Made by a program: the position numbers and the translations under genes. The notes beneath the pieces are model-generated. The model had not been told where the DNA came from. It worked only from the letters and a program-made list of their open reading frames with translations, and did no database searches. 64,000 nt of DNA from Escherichia coli (GTDB lineage: Bacteria; Pseudomonadota; Gammaproteobacteria; Enterobacterales; Enterobacteriaceae). Shown here one piece after another: positions 10,534 through 18,223 of this stretch. The stretch's first letter is position 1, and every line of letters begins with the position of its first letter. The stretch is taken from NCBI RefSeq assembly GCF_024700885.2, contig NZ_CP117016.1. One strand, given 5' to 3'.

Positions 10534-11075
10534 GTGGCAATCCCCAGAATCTCGCGACGAAGCGCCTGTACTGCGTCGCTTGACAGTCCCCCCTTACGGG
10601 CAATTTTCTCGGCGTTGCTGGCTGCCTGCTGCGCTCTGGCCCGTACTTCAGACTGGAACTTTTTGAGGTTGACGGACGCGCGGGACAGCGTAGCCACATT
10701 CTTCGCCACCTTCGACAGCAGGGCCACGCGTTCTTTAGGATCGACTTCGCCTTCTTCCGCCTCCTGCAACTGGACAATACTCTCGAACAGCTCGGTCTGA
10801 ATAAGGGCTATCACAGCCTCCGAACGCGCATCCTGATCGTCTGCTGCGCCTTCGGTCAGCATGCGGGCCGCTTCTGTTGCCGCACGGATAGCACCATAGC
10901 GGCGCTCAATCTTCTGTCCATAGCGATGGATAGCGGATTTGCTGATGACGTACCCCCGCTCACGCAACAGTGACTCCAGCTCGTTATACCCGCTGAAGCC
11001 GGATTCAGTCAGCGCCCGTTCAAGCCAGCGGCGCACGTCTTCCGGCAGCTTTTCTATTGTGCTGCGTCTGGCCAT
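10530..11075 (-). CDS. terminase small-subunit-like protein (Mu gp27-like)
   Basis: 181 aa directly upstream of and overlapping terminase large subunit start. Confidence 0.55.
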   Translation of the reverse strand: MARRSTIEKLPEDVRRWLERALTESGFSGYNELESLLRERGYVISKSAIHRYGQKIERRYGAIRAATEAARMLTEGAADDQDARSEAVIALIQTELFESIVQLQEAEEGEVDPKERVALLSKVAKNVATLSRASVNLKKFQSEVRARAQQAASNAEKIARKGGLSSDAVQALRREILGIAT

Positions 11076-11386
11076 TATTCACTCCAGTACTTTTCCGGGC
11101 GGGCAATACCCGGACCACATTCCACGGTGTATTCCACCAGGTCTACGCCGAGGCGGGTCAGGTCAGCAAACCAGTCGCCAGAAGGTTTTTTCTCCAGCTC
11201 AACCATTTTACGGTCAGCCAGATAATCCAGTTCGCGGCGCAGTTCCAGCGGTGTGGTGTCCGGGTAGATGGCACGGGACACATCCAGCAGCAGCGTCTCG
11301 CTGGCGGTGTAAGGGCGGGTCTTGTTCAGGGCAACCAGCAGACTCCAGCGCAGGGATTCGCGGCGTACCCGGGTAATATCGACCAT
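11075..11386 (-). CDS. hypothetical phage protein (Mu gp26 position)
   Basis: 103-aa ORF with stop/start coupling. Confidence 0.45.
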   Translation of the reverse strand: MVDITRVRRESLRWSLLVALNKTRPYTASETLLLDVSRAIYPDTTPLELRRELDYLADRKMVELEKKPSGDWFADLTRLGVDLVEYTVECGPGIARPEKYWSE

Positions 11387-11712
11387 TATTGACCTCCGGT
11401 ATTGCGGTACTGCTGTACCACTTCCAGTTTGTTATAAAGCGCGTCCAGTTTGGCCTCAATGACTGTCTGGCCACGGATATAATCCTCTCGACGGACATAA
11501 TTCAGCGGTAAATCCGCTTTAAATCGCATAAATTCTTTTTCCAGCTCGCCCCAGTTGGAGGCGGATTGTTGCAGGGCCTGTTCAAGGGAGGCGAATCGTG
11601 CCGCCTGGCGTTCTTCTGTTTTACTGAACAACCATTTGGCGAGCCCTCCCACAAACCCCATGAAGGTGAGCAGAAAACTCACCACCGTCCAGAATTCAAC
11701 CTGCAGTGTCAT
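11386..11712 (-). CDS. hypothetical membrane protein (one N-terminal TM)
   Basis: 108 aa, hydrophobic N-terminus FWTVVSFLLTFMGFVGGLA. Confidence 0.45.
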   Translation of the reverse strand: MTLQVEFWTVVSFLLTFMGFVGGLAKWLFSKTEERQAARFASLEQALQQSASNWGELEKEFMRFKADLPLNYVRREDYIRGQTVIEAKLDALYNKLEVVQQYRNTGGQ

Positions 11713-12359
11713 TTCTGTAATCCTTCCCGTTCATCCAGCAGCGCGTTTATCTGGTTCCGCCAGCGACGACATTGCCATGCGTTGTCGATGATGTTGGCGA
11801 GAACGTCACGCTGGGAGACACCCGAATCGCGTAACCGGGTGTCAGTGGTTTCAGGTTGCCCGGTCGCTGTGCCAGAGCGGGTGCCAGTGGCGGCAACTGA
11901 GTCTGAATGACCGGTGTCGACGGATGCGTTGTCATATCCGAGTGCGGCGTTGTACTGGCGCACGAAACCGCGAGTAAACACGCACTCAATGGGATGACTC
12001 TTACCTTTTTCATCAATCCAGCGCTGTGTGACATCGTTAATTTGCCCCTGTAGTTGTTTGTTCCGGCTCTCCAGTTGAGCAATCTGCTCAAGATAACCGG
12101 CTTCAGCCCGCTGCCCGGCGGCCACCTGCTCCTGATACCGTCTGGCCCAGGCCCGCAGCGCAGCATTCTCAAGCGTTGCCTGCTCCGTTTTGTACGCGTC
12201 AAATGCTGACTGCAACTGACTTAGCGCGGTATCACCGTCACGCTTTGCAGAGTCATGACCACTTCTGTATCCCATGGCATACAGGCCGACCAGAAAGGCA
12301 TTGATAAGAATGGCCAGCAGAATGCCGCGCCACGGCAGCTTTTTAACCAGATGCCACAC
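11709..12359 (-). CDS. i-spanin (Rz-like); GTG start at 12359 preferred, alternative ATG at 12461
   Basis: N-terminal TM (GILLAILINAFLVGLYAMGY) followed by coiled-coil region; directly after endolysin; contains an out-of-frame embedded lipoprotein ORF. Confidence 0.55.
   Translation of the reverse strand: MWHLVKKLPWRGILLAILINAFLVGLYAMGYRSGHDSAKRDGDTALSQLQSAFDAYKTEQATLENAALRAWARRYQEQVAAGQRAEAGYLEQIAQLESRNKQLQGQINDVTQRWIDEKGKSHPIECVFTRGFVRQYNAALGYDNASVDTGHSDSVAATGTRSGTATGQPETTDTRLRDSGVSQRDVLANIIDNAWQCRRWRNQINALLDEREGLQK
11747..12013 (-). CDS. o-spanin (Rz1-like outer-membrane lipoprotein), embedded in the i-spanin gene
   Basis: Alternate frame inside the i-spanin gene: MKKVRVIPLSACLLAVSC with lipobox AVSC, Pro-rich mature part. 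Confidence 0.6.
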   Translation of the reverse strand: MKKVRVIPLSACLLAVSCASTTPHSDMTTHPSTPVIQTQLPPLAPALAQRPGNLKPLTPGYAIRVSPSVTFSPTSSTTHGNVVAGGTR

Positions 12360-13083
12360 AACTGCTGCCTCCCCATGTGAGATATCGCGGTGCCAGTTCG
12401 CGCAGGATGCGCTGCGGATAATGGCGGTTCTCCCGCCAGCTGGCCGCATTGCGTCCGGCATTCACCGTGGCGACATGTCCGAACCAGCGGGTGCTGTCCA
12501 GACCTTTCTGTGATGCAAGCCGCCTGTCCCGTTGTACCCAGCCCAGACCACCGTTATAGCCCGACAGTGTCATGGCCATACGCTCGCAGTCACTGGCGGC
12601 GCTGACACGCTGCCACAGCCAGCGGTCATAGCTGACCAGCGCCCGGATAGCCCATGCCGGATTAAACGGCTCACGACTGCTCAGCATCGGTATCAACTGG
12701 CTTATCCAGTCGGCAGTGGCAGGCATGAACTGCGCCAGTCCCTGAGCGCCAGCCGGCGAGATCGCATCAGGTCGCCAGCCGCTTTCCTGATGCAGTTGCG
12801 CGGCGAAATCGGCCACCGGCGCAGACAGTCCCCATTCAAGCCGGGCATTACGGATCACATCATCGCGATACTGCAGCGCAGCCTGCGGAGGTTGTGCTGC
12901 GCATGCCTGGCTGAAAAAGCCGCCACACCAGAGCAACATTGCGACAAAGAATACCCATGCCATATGAACCAGAAAGGTCCCGGCGCGGACTGACAGGCGT
13001 TCGGTTCTGATGAAGACCCGAAAGGCTTCGAAAGCCAGTTTCAGGGACATGCATACAATCCAGGTGATCTGCGGCCAGTTCAT
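12343..13083 (-). CDS. endolysin, lytic transglycosylase (SLT domain) with N-terminal signal-anchor
   Basis: GLAQFMPATA motif and ES/GW transglycosylase signature; hydrophobic N-terminus; follows holin-like gene. Confidence 0.7.
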   Translation of the reverse strand: MNWPQITWIVCMSLKLAFEAFRVFIRTERLSVRAGTFLVHMAWVFFVAMLLWCGGFFSQACAAQPPQAALQYRDDVIRNARLEWGLSAPVADFAAQLHQESGWRPDAISPAGAQGLAQFMPATADWISQLIPMLSSREPFNPAWAIRALVSYDRWLWQRVSAASDCERMAMTLSGYNGGLGWVQRDRRLASQKGLDSTRWFGHVATVNAGRNAASWRENRHYPQRILRELAPRYLTWGGSSCVASG

Positions 13084-13085
13084 GA

Positions 13086-13436
13086 TTAAAGCCCCATCGC
13101 AACAGCCAGGCAGACCGCTGCAACAATCAGTGCACGGCGGATTAACGCAGCAGAAAACACCAGGTGAAGGCCGGTCTGTACCGGGAAACGCCCTTCAGCC
13201 ATCAGCCTGTCGTCATGTTTCAGGTACTGACCGGGACGGGCTTTGGGGAAGAGCGAACGGTCAAGCCAGTAACCCAGCACTGCTGCCAGCGTGATGAGTG
13301 CCAGCTTGTAGATCACAACAGGCAGCTGCTGTGGTGAGACCAGAGCGATGGTGCCCAGCAACAGCACTGAGGTCAGCAGCCAGCCGCTGAGGCGAGGTTT
13401 TTTAACAAGGGGAATGAATTTTTTCAGTTTTTTCAT
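13086..13436 (-). CDS. holin-like membrane protein (3 predicted TM); start set at ATG 13436
   Basis: AAGGAGA 5 nt upstream of ATG 13436; three hydrophobic segments; first gene of the lysis cassette. Confidence 0.5.
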   Translation of the reverse strand: MKKLKKFIPLVKKPRLSGWLLTSVLLLGTIALVSPQQLPVVIYKLALITLAAVLGYWLDRSLFPKARPGQYLKHDDRLMAEGRFPVQTGLHLVFSAALIRRALIVAAVCLAVAMGL

Positions 13437-13566
13437 GTGTGTCTCCTTATCTGGTGGAGACAGCATCACAAATACAGGGCGCGAAGGATTTTAAAGCGCG
13501 TTAAGAGAGCCGGGGATACGGGATGTGCAGGATAAACGATGAATTATTCACAGAGGAGAATACGAT
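13437..13566. promoter_or_regulatory. divergent intergenic region: putative late (lysis) promoter and promoter of the kinase-like gene
   Basis: 130-bp non-coding gap between divergently oriented genes that both have strong RBS. Confidence 0.4.
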
Positions 13567-14295
13567 ATGACGCAGACACTGAATCCGGTCATCACTGTCA
13601 CCGTGTCCGGTCCTGTGGGCAGCGGTAAAAGTTACGTACTGGCGCGAATAGAGGAAGTGGTGAAACAGGAATTCGGAAACAGCGTCATTGTCGACGCCGC
13701 AGACGTGGACGGTGAGCGCCGTATGAGTGGGGATGATCTGAGCACATGGCAGAAACCACGGGCTGGCACAGTGATCAGGCTGGAGGAATACACGGGACAG
13801 GGCCTGTTGTCATACGGCGAGGAGCGTATCTGTCGGACGAATGAGCTGCTGGATGTTATATGCCCCACGGGCCGGCAACCCTGGATACTGCCCGATGCAC
13901 TGCATGCCACCATTGCGGCACTGATGACAGTTTACGATCAGGAGCTGCTCATGAAGGAGTTACGTAAACTCACTGGTCAGTCAACAGAATGTTGTTCGTC
14001 CCCGAAGTACGGCAAACAGGAACACATCCCGATTAACCAGCCTCCCCGGTTCTTCGACGAATACCTTCTGACACCGGAAAATAAAGCTGAGCATGAAGAG
14101 ATCAAAGCGGCGTTGTTCCGGGAAATCAGGAAGATTGCTGAAATGCAACTGGAGGGCGGGCTGGACAGAGTGATGGCGAGAGGAGAATGGGCATCGCTGT
14201 TTGAAAGAGTTTCCCCGGAATTACTTCCCCTCGCACTGGCTATCGGGATTATGCAGACAGCGGATAAACCTCACTTACGTTCATTAAACACGTAA
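13567..14295 (+). CDS. P-loop kinase-like protein (Walker A GPVGSGKS followed by hhhDAAD, as in small-molecule/nucleotide kinases)
   Basis: GAGGAGA RBS 7 nt upstream; motif VTVSGPVGSGKSYV ... SVIVDAADVD; 242 aa. Confidence 0.6.
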   Translation: MTQTLNPVITVTVSGPVGSGKSYVLARIEEVVKQEFGNSVIVDAADVDGERRMSGDDLSTWQKPRAGTVIRLEEYTGQGLLSYGEERICRTNELLDVICPTGRQPWILPDALHATIAALMTVYDQELLMKELRKLTGQSTECCSSPKYGKQEHIPINQPPRFFDEYLLTPENKAEHEEIKAALFREIRKIAEMQLEGGLDRVMARGEWASLFERVSPELLPLALAIGIMQTADKPHLRSLNT

Positions 14296-14675
14296 CGCAT
14301 AATCCGGGATACGCATTCAGCGATGACTGCATTTTCACCGGTTTTTACTGCATCCAGAAGTGACTCTTTAAATGGTACGGGCCGGGGCTGCAGAAAGGTC
14401 GGCATGGCATTGAGCAGACAGAGCGTTTTTTCCGTGAGGACGACATCAGCCGCTCCCACAGCCAGCAACTGAGAGTAACGAATATAGCTGTTATCCCGAA
14501 GCCATATCAGCGTATCAATAAAACACCGGCACTTTTTCTGGTCGTGATCAACCTGGTCCGGGATATCGAAAAAACCAGAATAAATCAAAACCTGAGGTGC
14601 CGGATGCGTGTTCAGTAATCGGCAGAATATTTTGCCGGTGAGTACATAAAAATCATCATTTAAGGAGTGCATCAT
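14271..14675 (-). CDS. hypothetical 134-aa protein, convergent with and overlapping the 3' end of the kinase-like gene by 25 bp
   Basis: Only long ORF covering 14296-14673; E. coli-like codon usage by eye; no recognisable motif. Confidence 0.45.
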   Translation of the reverse strand: MMHSLNDDFYVLTGKIFCRLLNTHPAPQVLIYSGFFDIPDQVDHDQKKCRCFIDTLIWLRDNSYIRYSQLLAVGAADVVLTEKTLCLLNAMPTFLQPRPVPFKESLLDAVKTGENAVIAECVSRIMRYVFNERK

Positions 14676-14889
14676 GAATCCCCGATTAACGTTAACAGAA
14701 CATCAGCGCCGTGCTGAAGCAGTGAACAATGTTCTGGAAGATATTATCCGGTTATACCGCGGAGAACTGAGTGTCTGTCGTGCCGCTTTTCATTTTCAGG
14801 GAATACAAAAGCAGTTTGATACTTCTGTTTTTGCAGAAGGTATTACTTATGCCCTGGACCGGATAAGGTCAGAAAATCGCCCCGGATAA
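14674..14889 (+). CDS. hypothetical 71-aa protein
   Basis: AAGGAG 6 nt upstream of ATG; start codon overlaps the start codon of the 134-aa ORF on the opposite strand. Confidence 0.5.
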   Translation: MNPRLTLTEHQRRAEAVNNVLEDIIRLYRGELSVCRAAFHFQGIQKQFDTSVFAEGITYALDRIRSENRPG

Positions 14890-15079
14890 TCCCTAAACCA
14901 CATTAACAGAAATCCCGCCATCCCTGCCGCATCATGAAAGAACGACCAGCCCGGCACCCGAAAGCCGGGCTGGTCATCGCCCCACAGGAATGCGCTGTGA
15001 GCCGACCAAGGTTCAGTCAGTCTCGCGAGACCTGACCAGACTGCCATATTTTTTAATAATTGTAAAAGGCTTGCAGATT

Positions 15080-15844
15080 ATGAAAATGCAGACATTACCC
15101 ATCGTGCCGTGGATTGGTGGCAAACGCCGCCTTGCAAAACACATTCTGCCGCTGTTTCCGGCGCATGAATGTTATGTGGAGCCGTTTTGTGGGGCAGCAG
15201 CGCTCTATTTTCTTAAGACACCCGGCAAGATCGAAGTCATCAATGATATCAACGGTGAACTGGTGAATCTGTACCGGGTGGTAAAGCATCACCTGGAAGA
15301 ATTTGTCCGCCAGTTCAAATGGGCGCTGGTCAGCCGTCAGATCTACAAATGGCTGCAGATCACCCCGGAAGAAACACTGACGGATATCCAGCGTGCGGCA
15401 CGGTTCTACTACCTTCAGAAGCAGGCGTTTGGCGGCAAGGTGGCAGAGCACAGCTTCGGTACCTCCACCACATCCCCGCCACGCTTCAACCTGCTACGTA
15501 TTGAAGAAGAACTGTCAGCGGCACACCTGCGGCTTTCCAGAACAGTCATAGAACACATGGACTGGCAACAGTGCATTGAGCGTTATGATCGTCCGCACAC
15601 GCTGTTCTACTGCGACCCACCGTACCTGGGTACGGAAGGCTATGGTGTGGATTTTCCTGAAGGGAACTACTCGCGGCTGGCAGAGCTGGCCCGGTGCATC
15701 AGAGGAAAAATGATAATTTCGGTGAACGACATCCCGCAGATGCGCGAGGTGTTCACTGGACTGAACATACAGACAGTGAATATCAACTACAGTCTGGCGG
15801 GTAAACCCACGCCGCGCCGTGAACTGCTAATCTGCAACTTCTGA
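15080..15844 (+). CDS. DNA N6-adenine methyltransferase, Dam family (orphan)
   Basis: DPPY catalytic motif (FYCDPPYLG) and N-terminal PWIGGKRRL motif typical of Dam-family enzymes; no adjacent restriction endonuclease. Confidence 0.8.
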   Translation: MKMQTLPIVPWIGGKRRLAKHILPLFPAHECYVEPFCGAAALYFLKTPGKIEVINDINGELVNLYRVVKHHLEEFVRQFKWALVSRQIYKWLQITPEETLTDIQRAARFYYLQKQAFGGKVAEHSFGTSTTSPPRFNLLRIEEELSAAHLRLSRTVIEHMDWQQCIERYDRPHTLFYCDPPYLGTEGYGVDFPEGNYSRLAELARCIRGKMIISVNDIPQMREVFTGLNIQTVNINYSLAGKPTPRRELLICNF

Positions 15845-15874
15845 AACAAAACCGGAAAGCACAATGCTTTCCGG
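15844..15874 (-). terminator. putative rho-independent terminator downstream of the repressor gene
   Basis: 9-bp perfect stem CCGGAAAGC/GCTTTCCGG, followed on the minus strand by a T-rich tract. Confidence 0.4.
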
Positions 15875-15960
15875 TAAACCAAACAACTTCCACTATGTCA
15901 CTGGCGATGTTTTCTGAAAGCATCCAGATCAACCACCTGTCCTTTGTGTCCGGGTCAGTA

Positions 15961-16317
15961 TCAGCCTGCGATTTTTCCTGGTTTTGGCTGAGTATAGAAT
16001 CGCCCAATCTCAAGAAATGAGCGTTGTTGGTCTGGTGTCATGTCGTCAAAAGTATCTATTAGTTTTTGTTTTTCTGGGGAAATTTGATTCTGGTTTCTAG
16101 TCATACCATCTGTGCTCATTCCAGTGAGCAACCAATTTACATCAACATTAAACTCTTGATGCATCTTTAACAGAAACTCCCCTCCAGGCATCGCCTTTCC
16201 ATTTTCAATCTGACTGATACCACCATTAGAAATACCTAAACGAGCTGCAAATTCTCTCTGGTTCAACCCTGCTTTCTTCCTCACAGAAATAACGCGCTCT
16301 CCTATATCTTTGCTCAT
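15961..16317 (-). CDS. phage repressor, XRE-family HTH (Mu c analogue)
   Basis: HTH LNQREFAARLGISNGGISQIENGK; divergent from ner-like gene. Confidence 0.7.
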   Translation of the reverse strand: MSKDIGERVISVRKKAGLNQREFAARLGISNGGISQIENGKAMPGGEFLLKMHQEFNVDVNWLLTGMSTDGMTRNQNQISPEKQKLIDTFDDMTPDQQRSFLEIGRFYTQPKPGKIAG

Positions 16318-16340
16318 AAAAGTGAATCTCTATCTTGATA

Positions 16341-16358
16341 TGCTCATAATTATGAGCA
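16341..16358. promoter_or_regulatory. 18-bp perfect palindrome TGCTCATAATTATGAGCA in c/ner intergenic region (candidate operator)
   Basis: Seen directly; lies between divergent repressor and ner-like genes. Confidence 0.5.
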
Positions 16359-16410
16359 ATAATCTAACACATATAAGGCAAACATCATTGCATCAACAAA
16401 GGAGACAACG

Positions 16411-16599
16411 ATGACTGCAGAACAAGTCAAAGCTCTCTTCCGCCAGCGCGGGATCACTTTCACCCGCTGGGCAGAAGAAAACGGCTACAACCGCAATGAG
16501 GTATACCGCGTTCTCAACGGGCAGACCAAAGCCCGTTACGGTAAATCCCATGAAATCGCCGTGAAGTTGGGACTGAAATCAACAGCTCAGGCGGCCTAA
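16411..16599 (+). CDS. ner: Ner-like DNA-binding protein
   Basis: 62 aa, Ner/Nlp-like sequence; AAAGGAGA RBS; first gene of early operon. Confidence 0.7.
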   Translation: MTAEQVKALFRQRGITFTRWAEENGYNRNEVYRVLNGQTKARYGKSHEIAVKLGLKSTAQAA

Positions 16600-16645
16600 A
16601 TATTTTGAGTCTTTGTAAAAGGTTATCACATATCGCAAAAGAGGT

Positions 16646-16960
16646 ATGCAGATGAGTAAGACGAATGTTTCAAGCTCCGGCAGTCGCATCCTCCGGGTAC
16701 TCAAAGCGCTGCGCGGTCATGCCCTGAACGGTATTTCTAACGGTGAACTGGCGACAGCACTGCACGAGTCACCGGCAAACATCAACCGGGCACTCAACAC
16801 CCTCATTGAAGAAGGGCTGGCTCTGAAACTGGAGAACGGACGTTTTGCACCGGGCATCCAGTTACTGCAGATCGCCATGGCCCACAGTAACGAGATGGCA
16901 CGTGCACAGGATCGTATTAACGAAATTAACCAACGTGTCATTTCAGGTAGTCGTTTGTAA
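16646..16960 (+). CDS. winged-helix DNA-binding protein (hypothetical regulator)
   Basis: 104 aa; HTH-like segment ISNGELATALHESPANINRALNTLIEEGLA. Confidence 0.5.
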   Translation: MQMSKTNVSSSGSRILRVLKALRGHALNGISNGELATALHESPANINRALNTLIEEGLALKLENGRFAPGIQLLQIAMAHSNEMARAQDRINEINQRVISGSRL

Positions 16961-16970
16961 GGAGTAATCA

Positions 16971-17891
16971 ATGGGACGTACCAAATCACCGATTAACACT
17001 GAACTGAACGCCGATGTACCGCTGTCGGATGATCTCAACGTCAGCCTGAATGCCATGACACAGCATCGCATGGAGATCATGCAGCAGTTTGGTGATGGAC
17101 TGCCTTATGAACGTGAACGCATCGTTCACGAAGCACGTTTTTATATGGCGCAGAGTGCTGAATCTATGTTGGAAGCGGGTAAGCGGCTGATCATCTTAAA
17201 AGAAAATGAACCGCATGGTGATTTCACAAATATTCTGGAAAACGACCTCGGATTAGCACCACAGGTAGCTCGTCGCATGATGCAGGCCAGCGTGAAATTT
17301 CTCGGCAATGGAGATGAACAGCCAAAACGCTCAGCGCTGAGCGTTTTGGGAAAAACCAAGTTATATGAACTGATGGTTCTGGATGACGAAGAACTCGACG
17401 CATTAGCTGATGGTGGAACCGTCGCCGGTGCAACGCTTGATGATATTGATCGCATGACCAGCCGCGAACTGAAGGCCGCCCTGCGTGAAGCGCGCGAAAC
17501 CAACGCAGCTCAGCAACAGGTGCTTGCCGGAAAGGACGAAAAAATCAACGAACTGGCCACAAAACTGGAGAAGAAATCGCGCCTGCAACCTCCGCCGCCA
17601 GACGAAGAACTGAAAAAATTGCGGGCGGAAGTGACGGCATTAGCGGTTGAGGCCGAATCGGCTATCGCCGTCCGGCTGTCCAGTGTTTTTGAGACCCTGT
17701 GTGAATACTGCACCAAAAACATGATCGATACCCCCAGAGATTTCATGGCCGGTCTGGTCTGCCAGATTGAACGCAGTGTTCATGCATTACGTGAGACGTT
17801 TGACCTTGAGGCCGCTCCATCGGGTAACGATGCCCCCGCCTGGCTGACCGAACCGGAACCTGAAATCAACCGACCGGAGGATATGCAGTAA
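16971..17891 (+). CDS. hypothetical early protein, acidic with coiled-coil region
   Basis: 306-aa ORF, RBS-coupled in early operon. Confidence 0.5.
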   Translation: MGRTKSPINTELNADVPLSDDLNVSLNAMTQHRMEIMQQFGDGLPYERERIVHEARFYMAQSAESMLEAGKRLIILKENEPHGDFTNILENDLGLAPQVARRMMQASVKFLGNGDEQPKRSALSVLGKTKLYELMVLDDEELDALADGGTVAGATLDDIDRMTSRELKAALREARETNAAQQQVLAGKDEKINELATKLEKKSRLQPPPPDEELKKLRAEVTALAVEAESAIAVRLSSVFETLCEYCTKNMIDTPRDFMAGLVCQIERSVHALRETFDLEAAPSGNDAPAWLTEPEPEINRPEDMQ

Positions 17892-18208
17892 TGAATACGA
17901 ATAACACACAAAATACCCTGATGGACAGCCCGGAGGCACTGGGGCACGCACTGTGTAATCTGCTGCCGGAGATGGTGCAGGGTTTCCGCGTGGTGACCCC
18001 TTCCGGTGAAATCTGCGTACCCGCACAGGAGACGCACCCGTTTGTACTGACGATGGAGGTGATGCTGATGCAGCAGATAAGACGTCTGCAGAATCAGTCA
18101 GCATTACGCCCGGTAGTTGCACCGCAACCGGTAAATACCGTGGTGAAAACCTGCGATGGCGAAACACTGTGCGACCTCGCCAGAAAAATTGCCGCCAGAA
18201 TCGGATAA
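17891..18208 (+). CDS. hypothetical early protein
   Basis: 105 aa, ATGA stop/start overlap with upstream gene. Confidence 0.45.
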   Translation: MNTNNTQNTLMDSPEALGHALCNLLPEMVQGFRVVTPSGEICVPAQETHPFVLTMEVMLMQQIRRLQNQSALRPVVAPQPVNTVVKTCDGETLCDLARKIAARIG

Positions 18209-18223
18209 CAGGGAAGACAAGCT

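Noticed and set aside
13530-13540. TTTATC-N2-TGC motif shared upstream of the lysis operon, upstream of the I-like gene (6144-6160) and near the prophage end, as a candidate Mor/C binding site
   Set aside because: It is a 6-8-nt match in AT-rich DNA with inconsistent spacing to the start codons; too weak without a position-weight model or experimental data.
14271-14675. 134-aa ORF as the missing C-type late activator
   Set aside because: It has no Mor/C-like C-terminal helix-turn-helix and no similarity to the Mor encoded at 24623..25012.
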